64,000 nt of DNA from the NCBI GenBank assembly GCA_029289095.1, contig JARFUG010000005.1:11914-75913 (forward strand). Reading direction: 5' to 3'. The DNA is from Desulfuromonadales bacterium (GTDB lineage Bacteria > Desulfobacterota > Desulfuromonadia > Desulfuromonadales > JACZKF01). A program made the translations under genes and the position numbers. The notes under the pieces were generated by a model, which made no database searches, was not told the origin of the DNA, and saw only the letters and a list, made by a program, of their open reading frames with translations. Every line of letters starts with the position of its first letter. Positions within the stretch are counted from its first letter, which is position 1. Positions 44,317 to 54,109 of the stretch are shown in pieces.

Positions 44317-45354
44317 ATGTATCTTATCGTCAGTATCGATGTTGAGGAGGATAATTGGGGCGAGTACGACCCCCTCGACTATTCCGTCGAAAACCTCAGG
44401 AAGGTGCCGGGTCTTCAGGATATTTTCGATCGCTTCGAGATCACGCCGACCTATCTCGTCAACTATCCCGTGGCGAGCGATCCCTGGGCCGTCGAGATGT
44501 TTTCCCGTTACGCCGAACTCGGCAGGTGCGAGATCGGGATGCACTGCCATCCCTGGAACACCCCGCCGTTCTCCGACACAGCACATCAAGGCGACAGCAT
44601 GCTGTGCAACCTGCCTGCCGGGGTGCAGTTCGAGAAGCTAAACTTCCTGCACGAGACGATCCGGAAGAACATCGGCGTCGCTCCGGTCTCCTTCCGGGCG
44701 GGTCGCTGGGGGTTCGGTCCTGAAACTGCCGCAGTCCTCGATCGTCTCGGATACAAGGTAGACACTTCGGTTACCCCTTTCGTGAGCTGGAAAGGATTGG
44801 GAGGTCCCGACTATACCGATTTCGGACTGGCGCCTTTCCGTTTCCGCTGCGACGACATCGCGCAGGCAAACGAAAAGGGTCCCCTCCTGCAGGTGCCTGC
44901 GACGGTCGGCTTTCTTCAGTCCAGCTACTCTCTTTGCCGTCTGATGAAAAAGATGGCCGAGAACCGTATCGGAAGGATGATTCACCTCAAGGGAATCCTG
45001 TATCGCTGCGGATTTTTGAACCAGGCCTGGCTCTCTCCGGAGCTCTCGGATGTGCGAACCATGATCAGGCTGGCCCAGAGGATCGAAAAGCTGAATTACC
45101 CCTGCCTGAACATGACCTTCCATTCAAGCAGCCTGAAAGAGGGGCTCAGCCCCTTCGTCGGGATCGGCGAAGAAGCTCGTTTCCTCGAGAAGATAAAGGC
45201 GTTCCTGTCGTTTGCACGGCAGTCCGGATATGCCTCGGTGAGCCTGAAGGAGTTTGCGCAGCGCTATTCATGTGCAATCGAGATCGATCGGTCCGGCGCT
45301 GCGCGGAGCGGGGCCGGAGGACGCAATGCTCACCCGCAGGCCGCGAATGAATGA
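44317..45354 (+). CDS. polysaccharide deacetylase-like protein (WalW-type, divergent CE4)
   Basis: MYLIVSIDVEEDNWGEYD parallels the TVDVEDYF start of the 9603 deacetylase. CEIGMHCHPWNTPPF and VSFRAGRWGFG motifs. Confidence 0.55.
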   Translation: MYLIVSIDVEEDNWGEYDPLDYSVENLRKVPGLQDIFDRFEITPTYLVNYPVASDPWAVEMFSRYAELGRCEIGMHCHPWNTPPFSDTAHQGDSMLCNLPAGVQFEKLNFLHETIRKNIGVAPVSFRAGRWGFGPETAAVLDRLGYKVDTSVTPFVSWKGLGGPDYTDFGLAPFRFRCDDIAQANEKGPLLQVPATVGFLQSSYSLCRLMKKMAENRIGRMIHLKGILYRCGFLNQAWLSPELSDVRTMIRLAQRIEKLNYPCLNMTFHSSSLKEGLSPFVGIGEEARFLEKIKAFLSFARQSGYASVSLKEFAQRYSCAIEIDRSGAARSGAGGRNAHPQAANE

Positions 45355-45429
45355 ATCCATCTCCGCCGATTCTGCCCTGAACCGGCCGTGACCATAAGAG
45401 CCGAAGCGCATCGCCGAAGGGGGTGATCT

Positions 45430-46575
45430 TTGAGCAGGTCAGTGAAACTGGAAGTCCTTGCCGAATGCTGTGATCACGAGTCGCTGATCCATCAGTGGGA
45501 TGAGATCCTGGCGCAGAGCGTTTCGGCCCGGCTCTTCGAAAGCCCTCTATGGGTGCTGAACTACTGGAGGTATCGCTGCGGAGCAAAGAATGCGCTCAGC
45601 TTCATCACCGGGAGAGACGAAGATGGCAGAATGGTCGCAATCCTCCCCTTCGTCAAGAAGCCGCAGCCCGGGGCGCCGTTCCTTTCCACCTGGGAATGCG
45701 CGCATTCCACCGGTGAGTATGAATCGAACTGGACCTGTCATCCCGATTATGCCGGACGATTCGCATCGGCCCTCCTGGATCACCTGAACAGTCACCGGCA
45801 TCTCTGGTACCAGATGAAGATGACGGTCGTGCGGGAAGACTCCTCGGCGCTGACGGCTCTGCTGCCCGCATGCAGACAAAGCGGCTTCTCGATCATCTCG
45901 GCACCCGGCCGGGAGGTGCCTTTTATTCCCATCACCGATTCAGCATCCCTCGAGGACGTGGTCGACGGCAAGTACAGGCGGGAAATGAGGAGACGTCAGA
46001 ACAAGCTGGAGAAGGTGAACCCCTTGAAATTCGAGCTTTACTGTGATCAGGAGGGGCTCGATCCGGCCCTTGACGAATTCTTCGCGGTGGAGGCTTCCGG
46101 GTGGAAGGGGCGTGGAGGGAGCGCCATTCGCGACGACGACTCGGCGGAGCGGTTCTGGAGACAACTTTCGCATGATGCGGCCCGCCGCAGGCAATTGAGG
46201 CTGCATCTTCTGCGTTCGGGAGATGGGGTCATCGCAGGGCAGCTCGGGATCGTCTTCGCAAAGACCTACTATTGTCTGAAGATCGGCTATGACGACAGAT
46301 ACGGGGAATTCGGCCCGGGAGCCCTGACGACCCGCGAGGCGGTCCGGCACTGCCTCGAAGATCCGCAGATCGATGTCTATGACTTTGCAGGCGCGGCGCT
46401 GCCTTACATGAGGAATTGGACGGACCGGACCTACAGGACTTGGAGCATTCAGATCGGCTCTACCCATGCGGCGCTGGGGGGCGTTTTCGATCTTGTCCGA
46501 CACGGCCGGGGGACGCTGCGCTCCCTTCGGCGGGCGATCACAGGGAGGAATGACAATGTCTCCGAAAACACCTGA
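45430..46575 (+). CDS. FemAB-fold GNAT acyltransferase (CelD/BioF2-like)
   Basis: FFAVEASGWKGRGGSAI and LKIGYDDRYGEFGPGALTT motifs. Start uncertain (TTG 45430 or GTG 45442). Confidence 0.7.
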   Translation: MSRSVKLEVLAECCDHESLIHQWDEILAQSVSARLFESPLWVLNYWRYRCGAKNALSFITGRDEDGRMVAILPFVKKPQPGAPFLSTWECAHSTGEYESNWTCHPDYAGRFASALLDHLNSHRHLWYQMKMTVVREDSSALTALLPACRQSGFSIISAPGREVPFIPITDSASLEDVVDGKYRREMRRRQNKLEKVNPLKFELYCDQEGLDPALDEFFAVEASGWKGRGGSAIRDDDSAERFWRQLSHDAARRRQLRLHLLRSGDGVIAGQLGIVFAKTYYCLKIGYDDRYGEFGPGALTTREAVRHCLEDPQIDVYDFAGAALPYMRNWTDRTYRTWSIQIGSTHAALGGVFDLVRHGRGTLRSLRRAITGRNDNVSENT

Positions 46576-46619
46576 AGGACCGGTGCGCCCCGGCAGGTGC
46601 GCGAAAGAGAGGCGATCGC

Positions 46620-47912
46620 GTGGGCGGCTTGCATGATTTCCAGGACAAACGCAGGGCTGCTGTTGAACCGGGACCCGCCGGGCGCTATGAATGGAAGGCC
46701 TCCGATGTGCCGGGCATCCGTCCGGGGATGCTCCTTCCGCGGATCGGGGTTCGAGGATCGGTCTTCCCCTTCAGCGCCAGGGGAATCGGCTATTACTACT
46801 ATGCGCGAAACGGAATTTTCGCCCTGTGCAGACACTGGCGTCTGGAAGGGCGCGAGGTCCTGTTTCCGTCTTATTTTCACGGTGTCGAACTCGAGGCGCT
46901 CCTGGCTGCCGGAGTTCGTCCGAAATTCTATCCGGTCAACGCTGAGATGCAGATCGATATCGACGCACTGACGGCGCGGATCACTCCTGAAACGCAGGCC
47001 GTCTACATGATTCACTATCTCGGGTTTCCAGGTCCCGTCGAGGCTCTTCGCGAGATCTGCCGTGAGCGCAAGCTCAAGCTGATCGAGGATTGCGCTCTTG
47101 CTCTGCTGTCGAAAAAGGGGAGCCGACCTCTGGGGTCGTTCGGTGACGCGGCCGTATTCTGCCTGTACAAGTCGCTCCCTCTGCCGACGGGAGGCGCCCT
47201 GGTGCTCGGCAGCAAAGAGAGCGCTTCCTTTGCGACCAGGCGCGCGCCGTGGCGGGCAGCATGGAGCAATCTGGGTTCCTCACTGGTGCAGCACTTCGAG
47301 CGCCGCGGAAACCGGCTGGCCCAGAGCGCTCTGAACGGGACCCGCCTCGTGATGAAGACGGCGGCTCGTCTAACGGGTACGGAATGGGTCGGGGTGGGGG
47401 GGCAGCATTTCGAAATCGATAGAGCGCATCTCGGAATGAACAGCCTCAACCACGTTCTCGTGGCCGGGCAGAATTACAGACAGATCGTCAAGACGCGTCG
47501 ACGCAACTACCTCTTTCTCCTGCGCCATCTCTCGCCTTTGTCCCGACCGGTATTTGCCGATCTGCCCAAAGGGGTGTGCCCTCTTTTCTACCCGTTGAGG
47601 GCGCCCTTTGAAAAACAGGAATTCATCGATCGCCTGCATGCCCGCAGGGTCATGGCCGTCAACTTCTGGCTGCAGGGGCATCCGTCCGTAACGCCGGAGG
47701 CGTTTCCCGAATCGGATCGGCTGCGTCGCACGATTCTTGAGATCCCCTGTCATCAGGATCTGGACGAATCCGACATGCTCAGGATTACTGATATTGTCAA
47801 GGAGGAATGGGGGCGGATGCTCCAGAACTGCTGCATGCGCGGCAGCGGTCCCGGCGTGCCGGTGCACGATGAGCCGCTTCTGCACATGACAGACAAGACG
47901 CAGGGGCGCTGA
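46620..47912 (+). CDS. DegT/DnrJ-like PLP-dependent enzyme (divergent)
   Basis: VLFPSYFHGVE, LIEDCALALLS, AVFCLYKSLPLPTGG (candidate Lys), and TILEIPCHQDLDESDM C-terminus. Start uncertain (GTG 46620 or ATG 46728). Confidence 0.6.
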   Translation: MGGLHDFQDKRRAAVEPGPAGRYEWKASDVPGIRPGMLLPRIGVRGSVFPFSARGIGYYYYARNGIFALCRHWRLEGREVLFPSYFHGVELEALLAAGVRPKFYPVNAEMQIDIDALTARITPETQAVYMIHYLGFPGPVEALREICRERKLKLIEDCALALLSKKGSRPLGSFGDAAVFCLYKSLPLPTGGALVLGSKESASFATRRAPWRAAWSNLGSSLVQHFERRGNRLAQSALNGTRLVMKTAARLTGTEWVGVGGQHFEIDRAHLGMNSLNHVLVAGQNYRQIVKTRRRNYLFLLRHLSPLSRPVFADLPKGVCPLFYPLRAPFEKQEFIDRLHARRVMAVNFWLQGHPSVTPEAFPESDRLRRTILEIPCHQDLDESDMLRITDIVKEEWGRMLQNCCMRGSGPGVPVHDEPLLHMTDKTQGR

Positions 47913-49000
47913 TGTCCGATCTGTCGATCACCGTTATTGAATCTCTCGACGAGTGGAACAATCTGGCTCAGGAGTGGCGAACGCTCCTTTCGGACTCCAG
48001 GTCGGAATCCTTTTTTCTGCGGTGGGAGTGGCTCTCGGCCTGGGTCGATTGCTGCCTCGGTGACGACCGACAGCTCTTCGTGCTGGCTTTCCGTGAAAAG
48101 GAGGCCCTTGTGGGGATCGCTCCCCTCTATATCAGCCTGAAGAAATACGGCCCCTTTCCCATACGGGAAGTGCGTCTGCTCGGTTCTCCCGACGGCGGCT
48201 CCGACTATCTCGACGTCATCTCCAGGCGTGGGAGGGAAAGGGTTGTCGCCGATGCGCTTTACGACTATCTGATGGGGGAGGGCGCGAAAAGATGGGACAT
48301 CCTTTACCTGCAGGATATCCCCGCCGATGCCCTCTTCATTCTGTACTTTATGAAAAGGATTCAGGCCGAAGGCAAGTACGCCGAACTGGTGCAGGGTTCC
48401 TACTGCCCGATCGTCGAACTTCCCGAATGTGAGAACACCCTGCTCAAAGAGCTGTCGCAGTGGAGAAGAAAGAAGTTCAAGCAGGACATCCGGGTGCTCC
48501 ATCGCGAGCAAAATGTTGTCCACTCGGTTCTCGTGGGAGATGACGTCGCCGCCGGCCTCGAAACTTTCTTCCGGCTCTATGAGGAAAAAGGAGGGTGGCC
48601 CGCGGAGGGACTCAGAAGTCTCATCCGAAGCTTTCTCGCAAGATGTGGTGACGACAAGCCGCTTCAGCTCGATCTGCTCTCGGTCGACAACCGGGCTGTG
48701 GCAGGGCTTCTCCATCTGAAGCACAACGATACGATAGCGATGTACCTGATGGCGGTCGACAAGGAGTTCAATCCCAAGATAAGTCTGGGCAACCTGCTGG
48801 TAGGGCTGTGCCTGAAAAACTCCATCGCAGCAGGACACGCCTTCTACGATTTTCTGAAAGGGGACGAGAGCTACAAGTTCCATTGGGCGACGGGAGGAAA
48901 GAGCAGCATGAATCTGCTCTTCTGGCAGAAGCGTCCGGCCGCGACGATAGTCGCTCTCAACAGGCTCCTGCGGCACGCAGGGAAGCTTATCCTGAGATGA
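47912..49000 (+). CDS. FemAB-fold GNAT acyltransferase (CelD/BioF2-like)
   Basis: TGATG overlap at 47910-47914. C-terminal FYDFLKGDESYKFHW signature, compare FLRGDEQYKFKWG in 18625-19794. Confidence 0.7.
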   Translation: MSDLSITVIESLDEWNNLAQEWRTLLSDSRSESFFLRWEWLSAWVDCCLGDDRQLFVLAFREKEALVGIAPLYISLKKYGPFPIREVRLLGSPDGGSDYLDVISRRGRERVVADALYDYLMGEGAKRWDILYLQDIPADALFILYFMKRIQAEGKYAELVQGSYCPIVELPECENTLLKELSQWRRKKFKQDIRVLHREQNVVHSVLVGDDVAAGLETFFRLYEEKGGWPAEGLRSLIRSFLARCGDDKPLQLDLLSVDNRAVAGLLHLKHNDTIAMYLMAVDKEFNPKISLGNLLVGLCLKNSIAAGHAFYDFLKGDESYKFHWATGGKSSMNLLFWQKRPAATIVALNRLLRHAGKLILR

Positions 49001-49037
49001 GCGCGGGACGTGAACGATTCGACTGGAAGGACCCGTG

Positions 49038-50285
49038 ATGGTCATCCATGTGCTGATCGATGTATACCCGCATCCCTTCAAACCGTACTTCGATGTGCAG
49101 TTCGAAGAATGGGAAAAAGCGGGCCATCAGGTTACGGTTTTTTCAACCTCCTGCATACCGGGTATTGCGAGCCCTGTGGAGGTCAGGCCAGTCAGAACTC
49201 TGAGGGATCACCCCCTCAGGAGGATCGGACAGGTTCTCGAAGCCTTCATCAGGTCGCCTTCCCGGACCTTTTCAGTCATGAAGAGCGGGGCAGGGCTCAG
49301 GGAAAAAATCAAGCTCCTCGTGACGGACAGTCAGCTCGACAGGGAGATGCCGGACCTTTTCTTCGTGCACAACCTTGCAGCTTGCCTGAGATTTGCTTAT
49401 CTGAAGCATGTACTCCCGGGTATCCCACTGGCCCTATATTTCCACGGAGGGGAGATTCCAGGGGTCCCCTCCATACCTGTGGCCCGATCACGACCGGCGC
49501 TGGAGGCTCCCGACATCATTTTCACGAATACCCGCTACTCGAAATCCGATGCCGTAAGGCGCGGCGCACACCCCGGGAAAATCCGATGCATACCCGTCGG
49601 ATTCAGGGTTCAAGACTATGCACTCCCTGCGTCCAGGTCCTATCTCGAAGGCGGGAAGGTTTCGTTGGCGAGTGTCGGGCGGTTTTCAGTGGAGAAAGGT
49701 TTCGACATCGCGCTGCGGGCGCTGTCGGAGTTCAAAAAGAAGAACCCATGGGACTTCAGGTACACGATGATCGGCAACGGTCCCGAGATGGAGAATCTGA
49801 AAAAACTTGTCGAAACGCTCGATCTCGCAGAGCACGTGGAGTTCACTGGATACCTCGATGCCGCCGAAGTTGCGCGACACCTGTCCCGGACCGACGTTCT
49901 GATTTTGCCCAGCGTTCCGGCAGGAAACTGCGAGGAGAACCAGGCGTGCGTGATGCAGGAAGCGATGCTGATGGGGGCCGTGGTCATCGCCTCGGACCTC
50001 GGCGGCGTCGCCGAGTCGATTCCCGATGCCATGAAGCCGTATCTTTTCAGGCCGGGGGACGTAGATCAACTCTGCCGGAAGATGGCCGAGCTTTTGTCTT
50101 GCGGTGCAGAAACGATCGGAAAACTTGGGACCGTCGGGCGGGAGTTCGTCCTGTCGAATTATGATTCCCGTATCGTCAATGCGAAACTGCTCGCAGAGGC
50201 GAAAGAGATCGGGCAAGGGGCTTCGTTCGATGGGGCGTCTCCAGAGGAGGGGGATCAACAGATCGGGAATCATCACGCCTTTTGA
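49038..50285 (+). CDS. family 4 (GT-B) glycosyltransferase
   Basis: ATG 49038 with a GGAAGGA RBS. LILPSVPAGNCEENQACVMQEAMLMGAVVIASDLGG (E-x7-E). Confidence 0.8.
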   Translation: MVIHVLIDVYPHPFKPYFDVQFEEWEKAGHQVTVFSTSCIPGIASPVEVRPVRTLRDHPLRRIGQVLEAFIRSPSRTFSVMKSGAGLREKIKLLVTDSQLDREMPDLFFVHNLAACLRFAYLKHVLPGIPLALYFHGGEIPGVPSIPVARSRPALEAPDIIFTNTRYSKSDAVRRGAHPGKIRCIPVGFRVQDYALPASRSYLEGGKVSLASVGRFSVEKGFDIALRALSEFKKKNPWDFRYTMIGNGPEMENLKKLVETLDLAEHVEFTGYLDAAEVARHLSRTDVLILPSVPAGNCEENQACVMQEAMLMGAVVIASDLGGVAESIPDAMKPYLFRPGDVDQLCRKMAELLSCGAETIGKLGTVGREFVLSNYDSRIVNAKLLAEAKEIGQGASFDGASPEEGDQQIGNHHAF

Positions 50286-50306
50286 GGTGATGAAGGATGA
50301 TAAGGG

Positions 50307-51683
50307 ATGAGCGATACCAGGAAAACAAAGATCCTGTGGGTGACGCACGATTTCCCCCCCAGGCGAAGCAGCGGTATCTACAGGCCGATCAAGATCAACA
50401 AGTATCTCGATGGAGACCGATACGCGATCGAGTTCCTGACGCAGTCCATGTTCAATGAGAACATTTCACTCGACGAGAATCTCCTGTACGAACTCGAGCC
50501 CACTCCTCCGATCCACAGGGTGCCCAACATCGTCCTGGACAATTACATCGGCAAAATGCTGAAACGCCGACACCGGGACCACATCGCTGACAAAGGGGCA
50601 AGTGAGGCGGAACCGAAGGCGGAGCGTCCGAAAGCCGATGAAGGAGGAGGGCTGATGCGACGCCTGTACAAACTCTGGATGATGGCTGTTTACTTTCCCG
50701 ATCAATATTTTCTCTGGGGATGGATGGCTGCGTTCAGGGCCGCGCTCCTTCACCTGAAGAACAGGTACGACATCGTGTACACGACATCGCATCCGCAATC
50801 GGGGCACATGCCGGGGTTCCTGCTCAAGGCAATGGGGGTGAAGTGGGTCGCCGACTACCGGGACGCAGGAATCCTTTCACATTATTTTCTGTTTTCCGAT
50901 CTGTACACGAAGGGGTGGATTCGATTGAAGATCGAACGTCTGTACCAGAAGCTGGTCCTGCACGCCTGCGATCACGTGATCACGCACAGCTCCATCATGA
51001 AAGAATCCTTCAGTAAAGAGTTCTCCGTTCGTTCGAGCAAGATGACGGAAATATCGAACGGATATGACGAAAGCGACTTCGCGCGCCAACGGTTGCCGGT
51101 GACGGTCGCGGCGGCATCGAGAGGCGAGTTGCACATGCTCCACATGGGGATCTGGTACCTGACCGAGTCGGAGCAGCGCAAAGTCACCGAGCGGATCGAG
51201 CGCCTCGCCGTCGATCTCGCCGCCGGCGGGGTAAGGCTCATCGTGAATGCACTCGGGCACGATCTCTTCTCTGCGGATTCTGCAGCCCGATCGACGATCT
51301 GCTTCGACTATCGTTTTTATCCTTCCGTGGCGCACCACGAGGTCATTCCGCACCTGCTGGGCGCCGATGTTTATTTAATGGCCAATACCATGAGCATCGA
51401 CATGTCCGGATTTCTCCCCGGGAAATTATGGGAATATCTCAGGGGGGGAAAGCCGATCGTCTATTTTGGGGAAAAAGGAGAGGCCTGGGAGATCATACAG
51501 GAGTGCGCAACCGGCATTTTCGTCGATTTCGACGACGCTCTGCCGATCGATGCGGCACGACTGATCGAGGCCTGCCGCCGTGCTGAAGAAAATCCGAGGC
51601 GTTCGGAAAAACACAACTGGAAATCGAGAGCGATGGATTTCGATAAGATCTTTTCCAACATCAGGTTGGAAGCAAGTCTCTGA
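50307..51683 (+). CDS. GT-B fold glycosyltransferase-like protein (divergent)
   Basis: KILWVTHDFPPRRSSGIYRP N-terminus. WVADYRDAG. FLPGKLWEYLRGGKPIVYFG parallels the motif in 22366-23667. Confidence 0.5.
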   Translation: MSDTRKTKILWVTHDFPPRRSSGIYRPIKINKYLDGDRYAIEFLTQSMFNENISLDENLLYELEPTPPIHRVPNIVLDNYIGKMLKRRHRDHIADKGASEAEPKAERPKADEGGGLMRRLYKLWMMAVYFPDQYFLWGWMAAFRAALLHLKNRYDIVYTTSHPQSGHMPGFLLKAMGVKWVADYRDAGILSHYFLFSDLYTKGWIRLKIERLYQKLVLHACDHVITHSSIMKESFSKEFSVRSSKMTEISNGYDESDFARQRLPVTVAAASRGELHMLHMGIWYLTESEQRKVTERIERLAVDLAAGGVRLIVNALGHDLFSADSAARSTICFDYRFYPSVAHHEVIPHLLGADVYLMANTMSIDMSGFLPGKLWEYLRGGKPIVYFGEKGEAWEIIQECATGIFVDFDDALPIDAARLIEACRRAEENPRRSEKHNWKSRAMDFDKIFSNIRLEASL

Positions 51684-51713
51684 GCAATCATCTCAGGTTT
51701 AAACGAGGAACGA

Positions 51714-53534
51714 ATGGTTCAGCTATTTAAAAAAATATCTTCACTGCTGACATCGAAGGACAAACGGCAACTGCTTTTTCTTACGTTTGTCATCTTCATC
51801 GTCGCCCTTGTCGAGGTTTGCGGCATAGCTTCGATCATGCCGTTCATGGCAGTGGTGGCCAATCCGGAGGTCATCGAAAGCAATCGCTATATTGCGCTCG
51901 TCTACCATCGTCTCGGGTTTTCATCGACGAACCAGTTTCTCGTCTTTCTGGGGATCGTCGTCTTTTTCATCATCCTTATGAGCAATGCGCTCAAGGCTCT
52001 CTGCCTCTGGCTGGAGCTGCGGTTCATACATTTTCGGCTGTATGAGATTTCACGAAGACTGCTGTTCAGCTATCTCAGCCGCCCCTATGTCTATTTCCTG
52101 AACCAGAACACCTCTATTCTGGGAAAGAACATTCTGCAGGAGGTATCTCTCTTCACCCATAACATCCTGCGGCCATGCACCCAGATCCTCTCCAGGCTCG
52201 TGGTCGTCTTCTTCATTCTGGCCCTTCTTGTGGTGGTCGATCCACTGCTCGCCGTCGTCATCGCTTCGACTCTCGGCGGGTCATACATCCTTTTGTACTA
52301 TCTCGTCCAGCGCAAACTGGCCCGGCTGGGAGAAGAGCGCTTCGAAGCCAACTCGCTGCGCTCCAAAGCCGCCGCAGAGGCGTTCGGCGGGGTGAAGGAT
52401 TTGAAAGTCCTCGGACGAGAGCGCCTTTTTCTCGACCAGTTCTCTCGCCATGCCTACAGGATGGAAGGGAATTTGGTCAAGAACGGTCTGATCTCTCAAC
52501 TCCCCAGCTACATCATGGAGGTGCTCGCGTTCGGGGGGATCCTCATCATCGTCCTTTACTTCCTCATGATTCGGCAGGACATCGCGCAGACACTCCCTGT
52601 TATGGCGCTTTACGCCTTTGCCGGCTATCGGCTCATGCCGGCGCTGCAGGGGATCTTCTCGTCGGTGACCCTGCTGCGTTTCAATCTCCCCGTCCTGGAC
52701 ACTCTCTACAGGGACCTGGCCGGGATCGCCGGCATCCCAGCCGCCTGGCAGACATCGACGGCAGCGCCGCTGGCGTTTCGCTCCAGAATCGATCTCGACG
52801 ACATCACATTCACCTATCCCGGAGCGGATGCTCCCGTCGTCCAGGGGCTGACTCTCTCCATCGAAAAGAACACGAGCGTAGGCTTCATGGGGCCGACGGG
52901 GTCGGGCAAGACGACCACCATCGATATCCTTCTCGGGCTCCTGCCGCCTCAGCACGGCTCGCTTCGCATCGACGGCGTCGCGCTCACCCCTGATACGCTT
53001 CAGGCATGGCAGAAAAACATCGGCTATGTGCCGCAGGCCATTTTTCTCTCCGACGACTCCATGGCGGCCAACATCGCCTTCGGAGTCCCGCCGCAGGAGA
53101 TCGACCTCGCCGCCGTGGAGCGCGCCGCCCGCATCGCCAACCTCCACGATTTCGTCATGCGAGATCTCCCCGACGGCTATGCGACACCCATCGGAGAAAA
53201 GGGAGTGAGGCTCAGCGGCGGGCAGCGCCAGCGTATCGGCATCGCCCGGGCGCTGTATCACGATCCCGAAGTTCTGATCATGGACGAGGCGACGAGCGCC
53301 CTCGACGGCGTTACGGAGGAGGCGGTCATCCAGGCGATACGAAGACTCTCGGGGAAGAAGACGATCATCACCATCGCCCATCGGCTGAGCACCCTGAAGG
53401 ACTGCGATCTCATCTACTTGATGGAGAAGGGAAAAGTGGTGCGCCAGGAGCCTTATGAGGCCCTTGGCGGTTTTTCGGAGAATCTCAGGGCGGTAGCGGC
53501 CGCAAGCCCCGTCCGTCGACCGAAGGAGGTCTGA
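51714..53534 (+). CDS. ABC exporter, fused permease and ATPase (MsbA/type-1 exporter-like)
   Basis: Six N-terminal TM helices. Walker A GPTGSGKTT, signature LSGGQRQRIGIARAL, Walker B VLIMDEATSALD. Confidence 0.9.
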   Translation: MVQLFKKISSLLTSKDKRQLLFLTFVIFIVALVEVCGIASIMPFMAVVANPEVIESNRYIALVYHRLGFSSTNQFLVFLGIVVFFIILMSNALKALCLWLELRFIHFRLYEISRRLLFSYLSRPYVYFLNQNTSILGKNILQEVSLFTHNILRPCTQILSRLVVVFFILALLVVVDPLLAVVIASTLGGSYILLYYLVQRKLARLGEERFEANSLRSKAAAEAFGGVKDLKVLGRERLFLDQFSRHAYRMEGNLVKNGLISQLPSYIMEVLAFGGILIIVLYFLMIRQDIAQTLPVMALYAFAGYRLMPALQGIFSSVTLLRFNLPVLDTLYRDLAGIAGIPAAWQTSTAAPLAFRSRIDLDDITFTYPGADAPVVQGLTLSIEKNTSVGFMGPTGSGKTTTIDILLGLLPPQHGSLRIDGVALTPDTLQAWQKNIGYVPQAIFLSDDSMAANIAFGVPPQEIDLAAVERAARIANLHDFVMRDLPDGYATPIGEKGVRLSGGQRQRIGIARALYHDPEVLIMDEATSALDGVTEEAVIQAIRRLSGKKTIITIAHRLSTLKDCDLIYLMEKGKVVRQEPYEALGGFSENLRAVAAASPVRRPKEV

Positions 53535-54109
53535 TGCCCGTCTCTGTGGGGAGGCTTCCTTCGGTCAAAAAGACGCTCAAGTGGTCTCTGATGAATGTGA
53601 GGGACTCCGTCGCCTATCGCTCCCGCCGCAACGAGCGTGCCCCCGAAGAGGTGCATCACCTCATCTTCGTCTGCAAGGGAAATATCTGCAGGAGCGTTTT
53701 TGCCGAACACTACCTGCGATCGAAGACCCACGATCCGCGTCTGCGGATCGAATCGTGCGGTCTCGATGTGGATCAGAACTGCGCCTCTCCGAAGGAAGCG
53801 ATCGTTGTGGGTGGGGAGTTCGGGCTCGATCTCGCCGGGCACCTCTCGAGAAGTTACCGGAGGTGTGATTTTGCGAAAGCCGATCTGATCCTGGCAATGG
53901 AATACCACCATTATCTTCGACTCTCGGCCCTCTTTCCCGAGTCCGGAGGCAGAATCAGGCTGTTGCGGGAGTTCGCACCCTGGCCGGAACGTTATCTATG
54001 CAATATCAATGATCCTTACGGCCTGGGGCCTGAAGAGTTCAGGCGATGCTTCAGAGCGATGCAGCGTGCTCTGGAAGGGTTGAGATCACATATGACGAGA
54101 GCGATATGA
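53534..54109 (+). CDS. low-molecular-weight protein-tyrosine phosphatase (Wzb-like)
   Basis: GAAGGAGG RBS at 53522. Active site LIFVCKGNICRSVFAE (CX5RS) and DPYG loop. Confidence 0.9.
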   Translation: MPVSVGRLPSVKKTLKWSLMNVRDSVAYRSRRNERAPEEVHHLIFVCKGNICRSVFAEHYLRSKTHDPRLRIESCGLDVDQNCASPKEAIVVGGEFGLDLAGHLSRSYRRCDFAKADLILAMEYHHYLRLSALFPESGGRIRLLREFAPWPERYLCNINDPYGLGPEEFRRCFRAMQRALEGLRSHMTRAI

